From Balanoglossus misakiensis (taxonomy: Eukaryota > Animalia > Hemichordata), in the NCBI GenBank assembly GCA_040954595.2, contig CM082594.2, positions 8,501,573-8,565,572 on the forward strand: DNA of 64,000 nucleotides, written 5' to 3'. How positions within the stretch are numbered: position 1 is the stretch's first letter; each line of letters opens with the position of its first letter. This document shows positions 38,480 to 53,400 of this stretch, piece by piece. A model generated the notes under the pieces. That model saw nothing but the letters and a program-made list of their open reading frames with translations. It ran no database searches and was not told where the DNA came from. Made by a program: the position numbers and the translations under genes.

Positions 38480-41400
38480 TAAAAAAATGACAATTTTTTC
38501 GACTTTGCGAATTTTCAAATTTTGGCTGATTTTTGAAAAAAATCATGGGTTATAGCTCAGGAAATCATCAAAAAATGACAATTTTTCGACTTTGCGGAAA
38601 ATCAAAATTTGGCCGATTTTTGAAAAAAATCATGGGTTATAGCTCAGGAAATCATCAAAAAATGACAATTTTTCGACTTTGCGGAAAATCAAAATTTGGC
38701 CGATTTTTGAAAAAAATCATGGGTTATAGCTCAGGAAATCATCAAAAAATGACAATTTTTCGACTTTGCGGAAAATCAAAATTTGGCCGATTTTTGAAAA
38801 AAATCATGGGTTATAGCTCAGGAAATCATCAAAAAATGACAATTTTTCGACTTTGCGGAAAATCAAAATTTGGCCGATTTTTGAAAAAAATCATGGGTTA
38901 TAGCTCAGGAAATCATCAAAAAATGACAATTTTTCGACTTTGCGGAAAATCAAAATTTGGCCGATTTTTGAAAAAAATCATGGGTTATAGCTCAGGAAAT
39001 CATCAAAAAATGACAATTTTTCGACTTTGCGGAAAATCAAAATTTGGCCGATTTTTGAAAAAAATCATGGGTTATATCTCAGGAAATCATCAAAAAATGA
39101 CAATTTTTCGACTTTGCGGAAAATCAAAATTTGGCCGATTTTTGATAAAAATCATGGGTTATAGCTCAGGAAATCATCAAAAAATGACAATTTTTCGACT
39201 TTGCGGAAAATCAAAATTTGGCCGATTTTTGAAAAAAATCATGGGTTATAGCTCAGGAAATCATCAAAAAATGACAATTTTTCGACTTTGCGGAAAATCA
39301 AAATTTGTCCGATTTTTGAAAAAAATCATGGGTTACAGCTCAGGAAATCATCAAAAAATGACAATTTTTCGACTTTGCGGAAAATCAAAATTTGGCCGAT
39401 TTTTGAAAAAAATCATGGGTTATAGCTCAGGAAATCATCAAAAAATGACAATTTTTCGACTTTGCGGAAAATCAAAATTTGGCCGATTTTTGAAAAAAAT
39501 CATGGGTTATAGCTCAGGAAATCATCAAAAAATGACAATTTTTCGACTTTGCGGAAAATCAAAATTTGGCCGATTTTTGAAAAAAATCATGGGTTATAGC
39601 TCAGGAAATCATCAAAAAATGACAATTTTTCGACTTTGCGGAAAATCAAAATTTGGCCGATTTTTGAAAAAAATCATGGGTTATAGCTCAGGAAATCATC
39701 AAAAAATGACAATTTTTCGACTTTGCGGAAAATCAAAATTTGGCCGATTTTTGAAAAAAATCATGGGTTATAGCTCAGGAAATCATCAAAAAATGACAAT
39801 TTTTCGACTTTGCGGAAAATCAAAATTTGTCCGATTTTTGAAAAAAATCATGGGTTACAGCTCAGGAAATCATCAAAAAATGACAATTTTTCGACTTTGC
39901 GGAAAATCAAAATTTGGCCGATTTTTGAAAAAAATCATGGGTTATAGCTCAGGAAATCATCAAAAAATGACAATTTTTCGACTTTGCGGAAAATCAAAAT
40001 TTGGCCGATTTTTGAAAAAAATCATGGGTTATAGCTCAGGAAATCATCAAAAAATGACAATTTTTCGACTTTGCGGAAAATCAAAATTTGGCCGATTTTT
40101 GAAAAAAATCATGGGTTATAGCTCAGGAAATCATCAAAAAATGACAATTTTTCGACTTTGCGGAAAATCAAAATTTGGCCGATTTTTGAAAAAAATCATG
40201 GGTTATAGCTCAGGAAATCATCAAAAAATGACAATTTTTCGACTTTGCGGAAAATCAAAATTTGGCCGATTTTTGAAAAAAATCATGGGTTATATCTCAG
40301 GAAATCATCAAAAAATGACAATTTTTCGACTTTGCGGAAAATCAAAATTTGGCCGATTTTTGATAAAAATCATGGGTTATAGCTCAGGAAATCATCAAAA
40401 AATGACAATTTTTCGACTTTGCGGAAAATCAAAATTTGGCCGATTTTTGAAAAAAATCATGGGTTATAGCTCAGGAAATCATCAAAAAATGACAATTTTT
40501 CGACTTTGCGGAAAATCAAAATTTGGCCGATTTTTGAAAAAAATCATGGGTTATAGCTCAGGAAATCATCAAAAAATGACAATTTTTCGACTTTGCGGAA
40601 AATCAAAATTTGTTCGATTTTTGAAAAAAATCATGGGTTACAGCTCAGGAAATCATCAAAAAATGACAATTTTTCGACTTTGCGGAAAATCAAAATTTGG
40701 CCGATTTTTGAAAAAAATCATGGGTTATAGCTCATGAAAATCGTCCAAAAATGAGAATTTTTCGACTTTGCCGAATTTTAAAATTGGCCGATTTTTGAAA
40801 AAATCATGGGTTATAGCTCATGAAAATCGTCCAAAAATGAGAATTTTTCGACTTTGCGGAATTTCAAAATTTGGCCGATTTTTGAAAAAATCATGGGTTA
40901 TAAGCTCATGAAAATCGTCCAAAAATGAGAATTTTTCGACTTTGTGGAATTTCAAAATTTGGCCGATTTTTGAAAAAATCATGGGTTATAGCTCATGAAA
41001 ATCGTCCAAAAATGACAATTTTTCGACTTTGCGGAATTTCAAAATTTGGCCGATTTTTGAAAAAATCATGGGTTATAGCTCATGAAAATCGTCCAAATAT
41101 GAGAATTTTTCGACTTTGCGGAAAATCAAAATTTGGCCGATTTTTGATAAAAATCATGGGTTATAGCTCAGGAAATCATCAAAAAACGACAATTTTTCGA
41201 CTTTGCGGAAAATCAAAATTTGGCCGATTTTTGAAAAAAATCATGGGTTATAGCTCAGGAAATCATCAAAAAATGACAATTTTTCGACTTTGCGGAAAAT
41301 CAAAATTTGGCCGATTTTTGAAAAAAATCATGGGTTATAGCTCAGGAAATCATCAAAAAATGACAATTTTTCGACTTTGCGGAAAATCAAAATTTGGCCG

Positions 41401-44400
41401 ATTTTTGAAAAAAATCATGGGTTATAGCTCAGGAAATCATCAAAAAATGACAATTTTTCGACTTTGCGGAAAATCAAAATTTGGCCGATTTTTGAAAAAA
41501 ATCATGGGTTATAGCTCAGGAAATCATCAAAAAATGACAATTTTTCGACTTTGCGGAAAATCAAAATTTGGCCGATTTTTGAAAAAAATCATGGGTTATA
41601 TCTCAGGAAATCATCAAAAAATGACAATTTTTCGACTTTGCGGAAAATCAAAATTTGGCCGATTTTTGATAAAAATCATGGGTTATAGCTCAGGAAATCA
41701 TCAAAAAATGACAATTTTTCGACTTTGCGGAAAATCAAAATTTGGCCGATTTTTGAAAAAAATCATGGGTTATAGCTCAGGAAATCATCAAAAAATGACA
41801 ATTTTTCGACTTTGCGGAAAATCAAAATTTGGCCGATTTTTGAAAAAAATCATGGGTTATAGCTCAGGAAATCATCAAAAAATGACAATTTTTCGACTTT
41901 GCGGAAAATCAAAATTTGTTCGATTTTTGAAAAAAATCATGGGTTACAGCTCAGGAAATCATCAAAAAATGACAATTTTTCGACTTTGCGGAAAATCAAA
42001 ATTTGGCCGATTTTTGAAAAAAATCATGGGTTATAGCTCATGAAAATCGTCCAAAAATGAGAATTTTTCGACTTTGCCGAATTTTAAAATTGGCCGATTT
42101 TTGAAAAAATCATGGGTTATAGCTCATGAAAATCGTCCAAAAATGAGAATTTTTCGACTTTGCGGAATTTCAAAATTTGGCCGATTTTTGAAAAAATCAT
42201 GGGTTATAAGCTCATGAAAATCGTCCAAAAATGAGAATTTTTCGACTTTGTGGAATTTCAAAATTTGGCCGATTTTTGAAAAAATCATGGGTTATAGCTC
42301 ATGAAAATCGTCCAAAAATGACAATTTTTCGACTTTGCGGAATTTCAAAATTTGGCCGATTTTTGAAAAAATCATGGGTTATAGCTCATGAAAATCGTCC
42401 AAATATGAGAATTTTTCGACTTTGCGGAAAATCAAAATTTGGCCGATTTTTGATAAAAATCATGGGTTATAGCTCAGGAAATCATCAAAAAACGACAATT
42501 TTTCGACTTTGCGGAAAATCAAAACTTGGCCGATTTTTGAAAAAAATCATGGGTTATAGCTCAGGGAATCATCAAAAAATGACAATTTTTCGACTTTGCG
42601 GAAAATCAAAATTTGGCCGATTTTTGAAAAAAATCATGGGTTATAGCTCAGGAAATCATCAAAAAATGACAATTTTTCGACTTTGCGGAAAATCAAAATT
42701 TGGCCGATTTTTGAAAAAAATCATGGGTTATAGCTCAGGAAATCATCAAAAAATGACAATTTTTCGACTTTGCGGAAAATCAAAATTTGGCCGATTTTTG
42801 AAAAAAATCATGGGTTATAGCTCAGGAAATCATCAAAAAATGACAATTTTTCGACTTTGCGGAAAATCAAAATTTGGCCGATTTTTGAAAAAAATCATGG
42901 GTTATAGCTCAGGAAATCATCAAAAAATGACAATTTTTCGACTTTGCGGAAAATCAAAATTTGGCCGATTTTTGAAAAAAATCATGGGTTATAGCTCAGG
43001 AAATCATCAAAAAATGACAATTTTTCGACTTTGCGGAAAATCAAAATTTGGCCGATTTTTGAAAAAAATCATGGGTTATAGCTCAGGAAATCATCAAAAA
43101 ATGACAATTTTTTCGACTTTGCGGAAAATCAAAATTTGGCCGATTTTTGATAAAAATCATGGGTTATAGCTCAGGAAATCATCAAAAAATGACAATTTTT
43201 CGACTTTGCGGAAAATCAAAATTTTGCCGATATTTGAAAAAAATCATGGGTTATAGCTCAGGAAATCATCAAAAAATGACAATTTTTCGACTTTGCGGAA
43301 AATCAAAATTTGGCCGATTTTTGAAAAAAATCATGGGTTATAGCTCAGGAAATCATCAAAAAATGACAATTTTTCGACTTTGCGGAAAATCAAAATTTGG
43401 CCGATTTTTGAAAAAATCATGGGTTATAGCTCAGGAAATCATCAAAAAATGACAATTTTTCGACTTTGCGGAAAATCAAAATTTGTCCGATTTTTGAAAA
43501 AAATCATGGGTTATAGCTCAGGAAATCATCAAAAAATGACAATTTTTCGACTTTGCGGAAAATCAAAATTTGGCCGATTTTTGAAAAAAATCATGGGTTA
43601 TAGCTCAGGAAATCATCAAAAAATGACAATTTTTCGACTTTGCGGAAAATCAAAATTTGGCCGATTTTTGAAAAAAATCATGGGTTATAGCTCAGGAAAT
43701 CATCAAAAAATGACAATTTTTCGACTTTGCGGAAAATCAAAATTTGGCCGATTTTTGAAAAAAATCATGGGTTATAGCTCAGGAAATCATCAAAAAATGA
43801 CAATTTTTCGACTTTGCGGAAAATCAAAATTTGGCCGATTTTTGAAAAAAATCATGGGTTATAGCTCAGGAAATCATCAAAAAATGACAATTTTTCGACT
43901 TTGCGGAAAATCAAAATTTGGCCGATTTTTGAAAAAAATCATGGGTTATAGCTCAGGAAATCATCAAAAAATGACAATTTTTCGACTTTGCGGAAAATCA
44001 AAATTTGGCCGATTTTTGAAAAAAATCATGGGTTATAGCTCAGGAAATCATCAAAAAATGACAATTTTTCGACTTTGCGGAAAATCAAAATTTGGCCGAT
44101 TTTTGAAAAAAATCATGGGTTATAGCTCAGGAAATCATCAAAAAATGACAATTTTTCGACTTTGCGGAAAATCAAAATTTGGCCGATTTTTGAAAAAAAT
44201 CATGGGTTATAGCTCAGGAAATCATCAAAAAATGACAATTTTTCGACTTTGCGGAAAATCAAAATTTGGCCGATTTTTGAAAAAAATCATGGGTTATAGC
44301 TCAGGAAATCATCAAAAAATGACAATTTTTCGACTTTGCGGAAAATCAAAATTTGGCCGATTTTTGATAAAAATCATGGGTTATAGCTCAGGAAATCATC

Positions 44401-47400
44401 AAAAAATGACAATTTTTCGACTTTGCGGAAAATCAAAATTTGGCCGATTTTTGAAAAAAATCATGGGTTATAGCTCAGGAAATCATCAAAAAATGACAAT
44501 TTTTCGACTTTGCGGAAAATCAAAATTTGGCCGATTTTTGAAAAAATCATGGGTTATAGCTCAGGAAATCATCAAAAAATGACAATTTTTCGACTTTGCG
44601 GAAAATCAAAATTTGTCCGATTTTTGAAAAAAATCATGGGTTATAGCTCAGGAAATCATCAAAAAATGACAATTTTTCGACTTTGCGGAAAATCAAAATT
44701 TGGCCGATTTTTGAAAAAAATCATGGGTTATAGCTCAGGAAATCATCAAAAAATGACAATTTTTCGACTTTGCGGAAAATCAAAATTTGGCCGATTTTTG
44801 AAAAAAATCATGGGTTATAGCTCAGGAAATCATCAAAAAATGACAATTTTTCGACTTTGCGGAAAATCAAAATTTGGCCGATTTTTGAAAAAAATCATGG
44901 GTTATAGCTCAGGAAATCATCAAAAAATGACAATTTTTCGACTTTGCGGAAAATCAAAATTTGGCCGATTTTTGAAAAAAATCATGGGTTATAGCTCAGG
45001 AAATCATCAAAAAATGACAATTTTTCGACTTTGCGGAAAATCAAAATTTGGCCGATTTTTGAAAAAAATCATGGGTTATAGCTCAGGAAATCATCAAAAA
45101 ATGACAATTTTTCGACTTTGCGGAAAATCAAAATTTGGCCGATTTTTGAAAAAAATCATGGGTTATAGCTCAGGAAATCATCAAAAAATGACAATTTTTC
45201 GACTTTGCGGAAAATCAAAATTTGGCCGATTTTTGAAAAAAATCATGGGTTATAGCTCAGGAAATCATCAAAAAATGACAATTTTTCGACTTTGCGGAAA
45301 ATCAAAATTTGGCCGATTTTTGAAAAAAATCATGGGTTATAGCTCAGGAAATCATCAAAAAATGACAATTTTTCGACTTTGCGGAAAATCAAAATTTGGC
45401 CGATTTTTGAAAAAAATCATGGGTTATAGCTCAGGAAATCATCAAAAAATGACAATTTTTCGACTTTGCGGAAAATCAAAATTTGGCCGATTTTTGAAAA
45501 AAATCATGGGTTATAGCTCAGGAAATCATCAAAAAATGACAATTTTTCGACTTTGCGGAAAATCAAAATTTGGCCGATTTTTGAAAAAAATCATGGGTTA
45601 TAGCTCAGGAAATCATCAAAAAATGACAATTTTTCGACTTTGCGGAAAATCAAAATTTGGCCGATTTTTGAAAAAAATCATGGGTTATAGCTCAGGAAAT
45701 CATCAAAAAATGACAATTTTTCGACTTTGCGGAAAATCAAAATTTGGCCGATTTTTGAAAAAAATCATGGGTTATAGCTCAGGAAATCATCAAAAAATGA
45801 CAATTTTTCGACTTTGCGGAAAATCAAAATTTGGCCGATTTTTGAAAAAAATCATGGGTTATAGCTCAGGAAATCATCAAAAAATGACAATTTTTCGACT
45901 TTGCGGAAAATCAAAATTTGGCCGATTTTTGAAAAAAATCATGGGTTATATCTCAGGAAATCATCAAAAAATGACAATTTTTCGACTTTGCGGAAAATCA
46001 AAATTTGGCCGATTTTTGATAAAAATCATGGGTTATAGCTCAGGAAATCATCAAAAAATGACAATTTTTCGACTTTGCGGAAAATCAAAATTTGGCCGAT
46101 TTTTGAAAAAAATCATGGGTTATAGCTCAGGAAATCATCAAAAAATGACAATTTTTCGACTTTGCGGAAAATCAAAATTTGGCCGATTTTTGAAAAAAAT
46201 CATGGGTTATAGCTCAGGAAATCATCAAAAAATGACAATTTTTCGACTTTGCGGAAAATCAAAATTTGTTCGATTTTTGAAAAAAATCATGGGTTACAGC
46301 TCAGGAAATCATCAAAAAATGACAATTTTTCGACTTTGCGGAAAATCAAAATTTGGCCGATTTTTGAAAAAAATCATGGGTTATAGCTCATGAAAATCGT
46401 CCAAAAATGAGAATTTTTCGACTTTGCCGAATTTTAAAATTGGCCGATTTTTGAAAAAATCATGGGTTATAGCTCATGAAAATCGTCCAAAAATGAGAAT
46501 TTTTCGACTTTGCGGAATTTCAAAATTTGGCCGATTTTTGAAAAAATCATGGGTTATAAGCTCATGAAAATCGTCCAAAAATGAGAATTTTTCGACTTTG
46601 TGGAATTTCAAAATTTGGCCGATTTTTGAAAAAATCATGGGTTATAGCTCATGAAAATCGTCCAAAAATGACAATTTTTCGACTTTGCGGAATTTCAAAA
46701 TTTGGCCGATTTTTGAAAAAATCATGGGTTATAGCTCATGAAAATCGTCCAAATATGAGAATTTTTCGACTTTGCGGAAAATCAAAATTTGGCCGATTTT
46801 TGATAAAAATCATGGGTTATAGCTCAGGAAATCATCAAAAAACGACAATTTTTCGACTTTGCGGAAAATCAAAACTTGGCCGATTTTTGAAAAAAATCAT
46901 GGGTTATAGCTCAGGGAATCATCAAAAAATGACAATTTTTCGACTTTGCGGAAAATCAAAATTTGGCCGATTTTTGAAAAAAATCATGGGTTATAGCTCA
47001 GGAAATCATCAAAAAATGACAATTTTTCGACTTTGCGGAAAATCAAAATTTGGCCGATTTTTGAAAAAAATCATGGGTTATAGCTCAGGAAATCATCAAA
47101 AAATGACAATTTTTCGACTTTGCGGAAAATCAAAATTTGGCCGATTTTTGAAAAAAATCATGGGTTATAGCTCAGGAAATCATCAAAAAATGACAATTTT
47201 TCGACTTTGCGGAAAATCAAAATTTGGCCGATTTTTGAAAAAAATCATGGGTTATAGCTCAGGAAATCATCAAAAAATGACAATTTTTCGACTTTGCGGA
47301 AAATCAAAATTTGGCCGATTTTTGAAAAAAATCATGGGTTATAGCTCAGGAAATCATCAAAAAATGACAATTTTTCGACTTTGCGGAAAATCAAAATTTG

Positions 47401-50400
47401 GCCGATTTTTGAAAAAAATCATGGGTTATAGCTCAGGAAATCATCAAAAAATGACAATTTTTTCGACTTTGCGGAAAATCAAAATTTGGCCGATTTTTGA
47501 TAAAAATCATGGGTTATAGCTCAGGAAATCATCAAAAAATGACAATTTTTCGACTTTGCGGAAAATCAAAATTTTGCCGATATTTGAAAAAAATCATGGG
47601 TTATAGCTCAGGAAATCATCAAAAAATGACAATTTTTCGACTTTGCGGAAAATCAAAATTTGGCCGATTTTTGAAAAAAATCATGGGTTATAGCTCAGGA
47701 AATCATCAAAAAATGACAATTTTTCGACTTTGCGGAAAATCAAAATTTGGCCGATTTTTGAAAAAATCATGGGTTATAGCTCAGGAAATCATCAAAAAAT
47801 GACAATTTTTCGACTTTGCGGAAAATCAAAATTTGTCCGATTTTTGAAAAAAATCATGGGTTATAGCTCAGGAAATCATCAAAAAATGACAATTTTTCGA
47901 CTTTGCGGAAAATCAAAATTTGGCCGATTTTTGAAAAAAATCATGGGTTATAGCTCAGGAAATCATCAAAAAATGACAATTTTTCGACTTTGCGGAAAAT
48001 CAAAATTTGGCCGATTTTTGAAAAAAATCATGGGTTATAGCTCAGGAAATCATCAAAAAATGACAATTTTTCGACTTTGCGGAAAATCAAAATTTGGCCG
48101 ATTTTTGAAAAAAATCATGGGTTATAGCTCAGGAAATCATCAAAAAATGACAATTTTTCGACTTTGCGGAAAATCAAAATTTGGCCGATTTTTGAAAAAA
48201 ATCATGGGTTATAGCTCAGGAAATCATCAAAAAATGACAATTTTTCGACTTTGCGGAAAATCAAAATTTGGCCGATTTTTGAAAAAAATCATGGGTTATA
48301 GCTCAGGAAATCATCAAAAAATGACAATTTTTCGACTTTGCGGAAAATCAAAATTTGGCCGATTTTTGAAAAAAATCATGGGTTATAGCTCAGGAAATCA
48401 TCAAAAAATGACAATTTTTCGACTTTGCGGAAAATCAAAATTTGGCCGATTTTTGAAAAAAATCATGGGTTATAGCTCAGGAAATCATCAAAAAATGACA
48501 ATTTTTCGACTTTGCGGAAAATCAAAATTTGGCCGATTTTTGAAAAAAATCATGGGTTATAGCTCAGGAAATCATCAAAAAATGACAATTTTTCGACTTT
48601 GCGGAAAATCAAAATTTGGCCGATTTTTGAAAAAAATCATGGGTTATAGCTCAGGAAATCATCAAAAAATGACAATTTTTCGACTTTGCGGAAAATCAAA
48701 ATTTGGCCGATTTTTGATAAAAATCATGGGTTATAGCTCAGGAAATCATCAAAAAATGACAATTTTTCGACTTTGCGGAAAATCAAAATTTGGCCGATTT
48801 TTGAAAAAAATCATGGGTTATAGCTCAGGAAATCATCAAAAAATGACAATTTTTCGACTTTGCGGAAAATCAAAATTTGGCCGATTTTTGAAAAAATCAT
48901 GGGTTATAGCTCAGGAAATCATCAAAAAATGACAATTTTTCGACTTTGCGGAAAATCAAAATTTGTCCGATTTTTGAAAAAAATCATGGGTTATAGCTCA
49001 GGAAATCATCAAAAAATGACAATTTTTCGACTTTGCGGAAAATCAAAATTTGGCCGATTTTTGAAAAAAATCATGGGTTATAGCTCAGGAAATCATCAAA
49101 AAATGACAATTTTTCGACTTTGCGGAAAATCAAAATTTGGCCGATTTTTGAAAAAAATCATGGGTTATAGCTCAGGAAATCATCAAAAAATGACAATTTT
49201 TCGACTTTGCGGAAAATCAAAATTTGGCCGATTTTTGAAAAAAATCATGGGTTATAGCTCAGGAAATCATCAAAAAATGACAATTTTTCGACTTTGCGGA
49301 AAATCAAAATTTGGCCGATTTTTGAAAAAAATCATGGGTTATAGCTCAGGAAATCATCAAAAAATGACAATTTTTCGACTTTGCGGAAAATCAAAATTTG
49401 GCCGATTTTTGAAAAAAATCATGGGTTATAGCTCAGGAAATCATCAAAAAATGACAATTTTTCGACTTTGCGGAAAATCAAAATTTGGCCGATTTTTGAA
49501 AAAAATCATGGGTTATAGCTCAGGAAATCATCAAAAAATGACAATTTTTCGACTTTGCGGAAAATCAAAATTTGGCCGATTTTTGAAAAAAATCATGGGT
49601 TATAGCTCAGGAAATCATCAAAAAATGACAATTTTTCGACTTTGCGGAAAATCAAAATTTGGCCGATTTTTGAAAAAAATCATGGGTTATAGCTCAGGAA
49701 ATCATCAAAAAATGACAATTTTTCGACTTTGCGGAAAATCAAAATTTGGCCGATTTTTGAAAAAAATCATGGGTTATAGCTCAGGAAATCATCAAAAAAT
49801 GACAATTTTTCGACTTTGCGGAAAATCAAAATTTGGCCGATTTTTGAAAAAAATCATGGGTTATAGCTCAGGAAATCATCAAAAAATGACAATTTTTCGA
49901 CTTTGCGGAAAATCAAAATTTGGCCGATTTTTGATAAAAATCATGGGTTATAGCTCAGGAAATCATCAAAAAATGACAATTTTTCGACTTTGCGGAAAAT
50001 CAAAATTTGGCCGATTTTTGAAAAAAATCATGGGTTATAGCTCAGGAAATCATCAAAAAATGACAATTTTTCGACTTTGCGGAAAATCAAAATTGGCCGA
50101 TTTTTGAAAAAAATCATGGGTTATAGCTCAGGAAATCATCAAAAAATGACAATTTTTCGACTTTGCGGAAAATCAAAATTTGGCCGATTTTTGAAAAAAA
50201 TCATGGGTTATAGCTCAGGAAATCATCAAAAAATGACAATTTTTCGACTTTGCGGAAAATCAAAATTTGGCCGATTTTTGAAAAAAATCATGGGTTATAG
50301 CTCAGGAAATCATCAAAAAATGACAATTTTTCGACTTTGCGGAAAATCAAAATTTGGCCGATTTTTGAAAAAAATCATGGGTTATAGCTCAGGAAATCAT

Positions 50401-53400
50401 CAAAAAATGACAATTTTTCGACTTTGCGGAAAATCAAAATTTGGCCGATTTTTGAAAAAAATCATGGGTTATAGCTCAGGAAATCATCAAAAAATGACAA
50501 TTTTTCGACTTTGCGGAAAATCAAAATTTGGCCGATTTTTGAAAAAAATCATGGGTTATAGCTCAGGAAATCATCAAAAAATGACAATTTTTCGACTTTG
50601 CGGAAAATCAAAATTTGGCCGATTTTTGAAAAAAATCATGGGTTATAGCTCAGGAAATCATCAAAAAATGACAATTTTTCGACTTTGCGGAAAATCAAAA
50701 TTTGGCCGATTTTTGAAAAAAATCATGGGTTATAGCTCAGGAAATCATCAAAAAATGACAATTTTTCGACTTTGCGGAAAATCAAAATTTGGCCGATTTT
50801 TGAAAAAAATCATGGGTTATAGCTCAGGAAATCATCAAAAAATGACAATTTTTCGACTTTGCGGAAAATCAAAATTTGGCCGATTTTTGAAAAAAATCAT
50901 GGGTTATAGCTCAGGAAATCATCAAAAAATGACAATTTTTCGACTTTGCGGAAAATCAAAATTTGGCCGATTTTTGAAAAAAATCATGGGTTATAGCTCA
51001 GGAAATCATCAAAAAATGACAATTTTTCGACTTTGCGGAAAATCAAAATTTGGCCGATTTTTGAAAAAAATCATGGGTTATAGCTCAGGAAATCATCAAA
51101 AAATGACAATTTTTCGACTTTGCGGAAAATCAAAATTTGGTCGATTTTTGAAAAAAATCATGGGTTATAGCTCAGGAAATCATCAAAAAATGACAATTTT
51201 TCGACTTTGCGGAAAATCAAAATTTCGTCGATTTTTGAAAAAAATCATGGGTTATAGCTCAGGAAATCATCAAAAAATGACAATTTTTCGACTTTGCGGA
51301 AAATCAAAATTTGGCCGATTTTTGAAAAAAATCATGGGTTATAGCTCAGGAAATCATCAAAAAATGACAATTTTTCGACTTTGCGGAAAATCAAAAATTT
51401 GGTCGATTTTTGAAAAAAATCATGGGTTATAGCTCAGGAAATCATCAAAAAATGACAATTTTTCGACTTTGCGGAAAATCAAAATTTGGTCGATTTTTGA
51501 AAAAAATCATGGGTTATAGCTCAGGAAATCATCAAAAAATGACAATTTTTCGACTTTGCGGAAAATCAAAATTTGGCCGATTTTTGAAAAAAATCATGGG
51601 TTATAGCTCAGGAAATCATCAAAAAATGACAATTTTTCGACTTTGCGGAAAATCAAAAATTTGGCCGATTTTTGAAAAAAATCATGGGTTATAGCTCAGG
51701 AAATCATCAAAAAATGACAATTTTTCGACTTTGCGGAAAATCAAAATTTCGTCGATTTTTGAAAAAAATCATGGGTTATAGCTCAGGAAATCATCAAAAA
51801 ATGACAATTTTTCGACTTTGCGGAAAATCAAAATTTGGCCGATTTTTGAAAAAAATCATGGGTTATAGCTCAGGAAATCATCAAAAAATGACAATTTTTC
51901 GACTTTGCGGAAAATCAAAATTTGGTCGATTTTTGAAAAAAATCATGGGTTATAGCTCAGGAAATCATCAAAAAATGACAATTTTTCGACTTTGCGGAAA
52001 ATCAAAATTTCGTCGATTTTTGAAAAAAATCATGGGTTATAGCTCAGGAAATCATCAAAAAATGACAATTTTTCGACTTTGCGGAAAATCAAAATTTGGC
52101 CGATTTTTGAAAAAAATCATGGGTTATAGCTCAGGAAATCATCAAAAAATGACAATTTTTCGACTTTGCGGAAAATCAAAATTTGGCCGATTTTTGAAAA
52201 AAATCATGGGTTATAGCTCAGGAAATCATCAAAAAATGACAATTTTTCGACTTTGCGGAAAATCAAAATTTGGTCGATTTTTGAAAAAAATCATGGGTTA
52301 TAGCTCAGGAAATCATCAAAAAATGACAATTTTTCGACTTTGCGGAAAATCAAAATTTGGCCGATTTTTGAAAAAAATCATGGGTTATAGCTCAGGAAAT
52401 CATCAAAAAATGACAATTTTTCGACTTTGCGGAAAATCAAAATTTGGCCGATTTTTGAAAAAAATCATGGGTTATAGCTCAGGAAATCATCAAAAAATGA
52501 CAATTTTTCGACTTTGCGGAAAATCAAAAATTTGGCCGATTTTTGAAAAAAATCATGGGTTATAGCTCAGGAAATCATCAAAAAATGACAATTTTTCGAC
52601 TTTGCGGAAAATCAAAATTTGGCCGATTTTTGAAAAAAATCATGGGTTATAGCTCAGGAAATCATCAAAAAATGACAATTTTTCGACTTTGCGGAAAATC
52701 AAAATTTCGTCGATTTTTGAAAAAAATCATGGGTTATAGCTCAGGAAATCATCAAAAAATGACAATTTTTCGACTTTGCGGAAAATCAAAATTTGGCCGA
52801 TTTTTGAAAAAAATCATGGGTTATAGCTCAGGAAATCATCAAAAAATGACAATTTTTCGACTTTGCGGAAAATCAAAATTTGGCCGATTTTTGAAAAAAA
52901 TCATGGGTTATAGCTCAGGAAATCATCAAAAAATGACAATTTTTCGACTTTGCGGAAAATCAAAATTTGGCCGATTTTTGAAAAAAATCATGGGTTATAG
53001 CTCAGGAAATCATCAAAAAATGACAATTTTTCGACTTTGCGGAAAATCAAAATTTGGCCGATTTTTGAAAAAAATCATGGGTTATAGCTCAGGAAATCAT
53101 CAAAAAATGACAATTTTTCGACTTTGCGGAAAATCAAAATTTGGCCGATTTTTGAAAAAAATCATGGGTTATAGCTCAGGAAATCATCAAAAAATGACAA
53201 TTTTTCGACTTTGCGGAAAATCAAAATTTGGCCGATTTTTGAAAAAAATCATGGGTTATAGCTCAGGAAATCATCAAAAAATGACAATTTTTCGACTTTG
53301 CGGAAAATCAAAATTTGGCCGATTTTTGAAAAAAATCATGGGTTATAGCTCAGGAAATCATCAAAAAATGACAATTTTTCGACTTTGCGGAAAATCAAAA

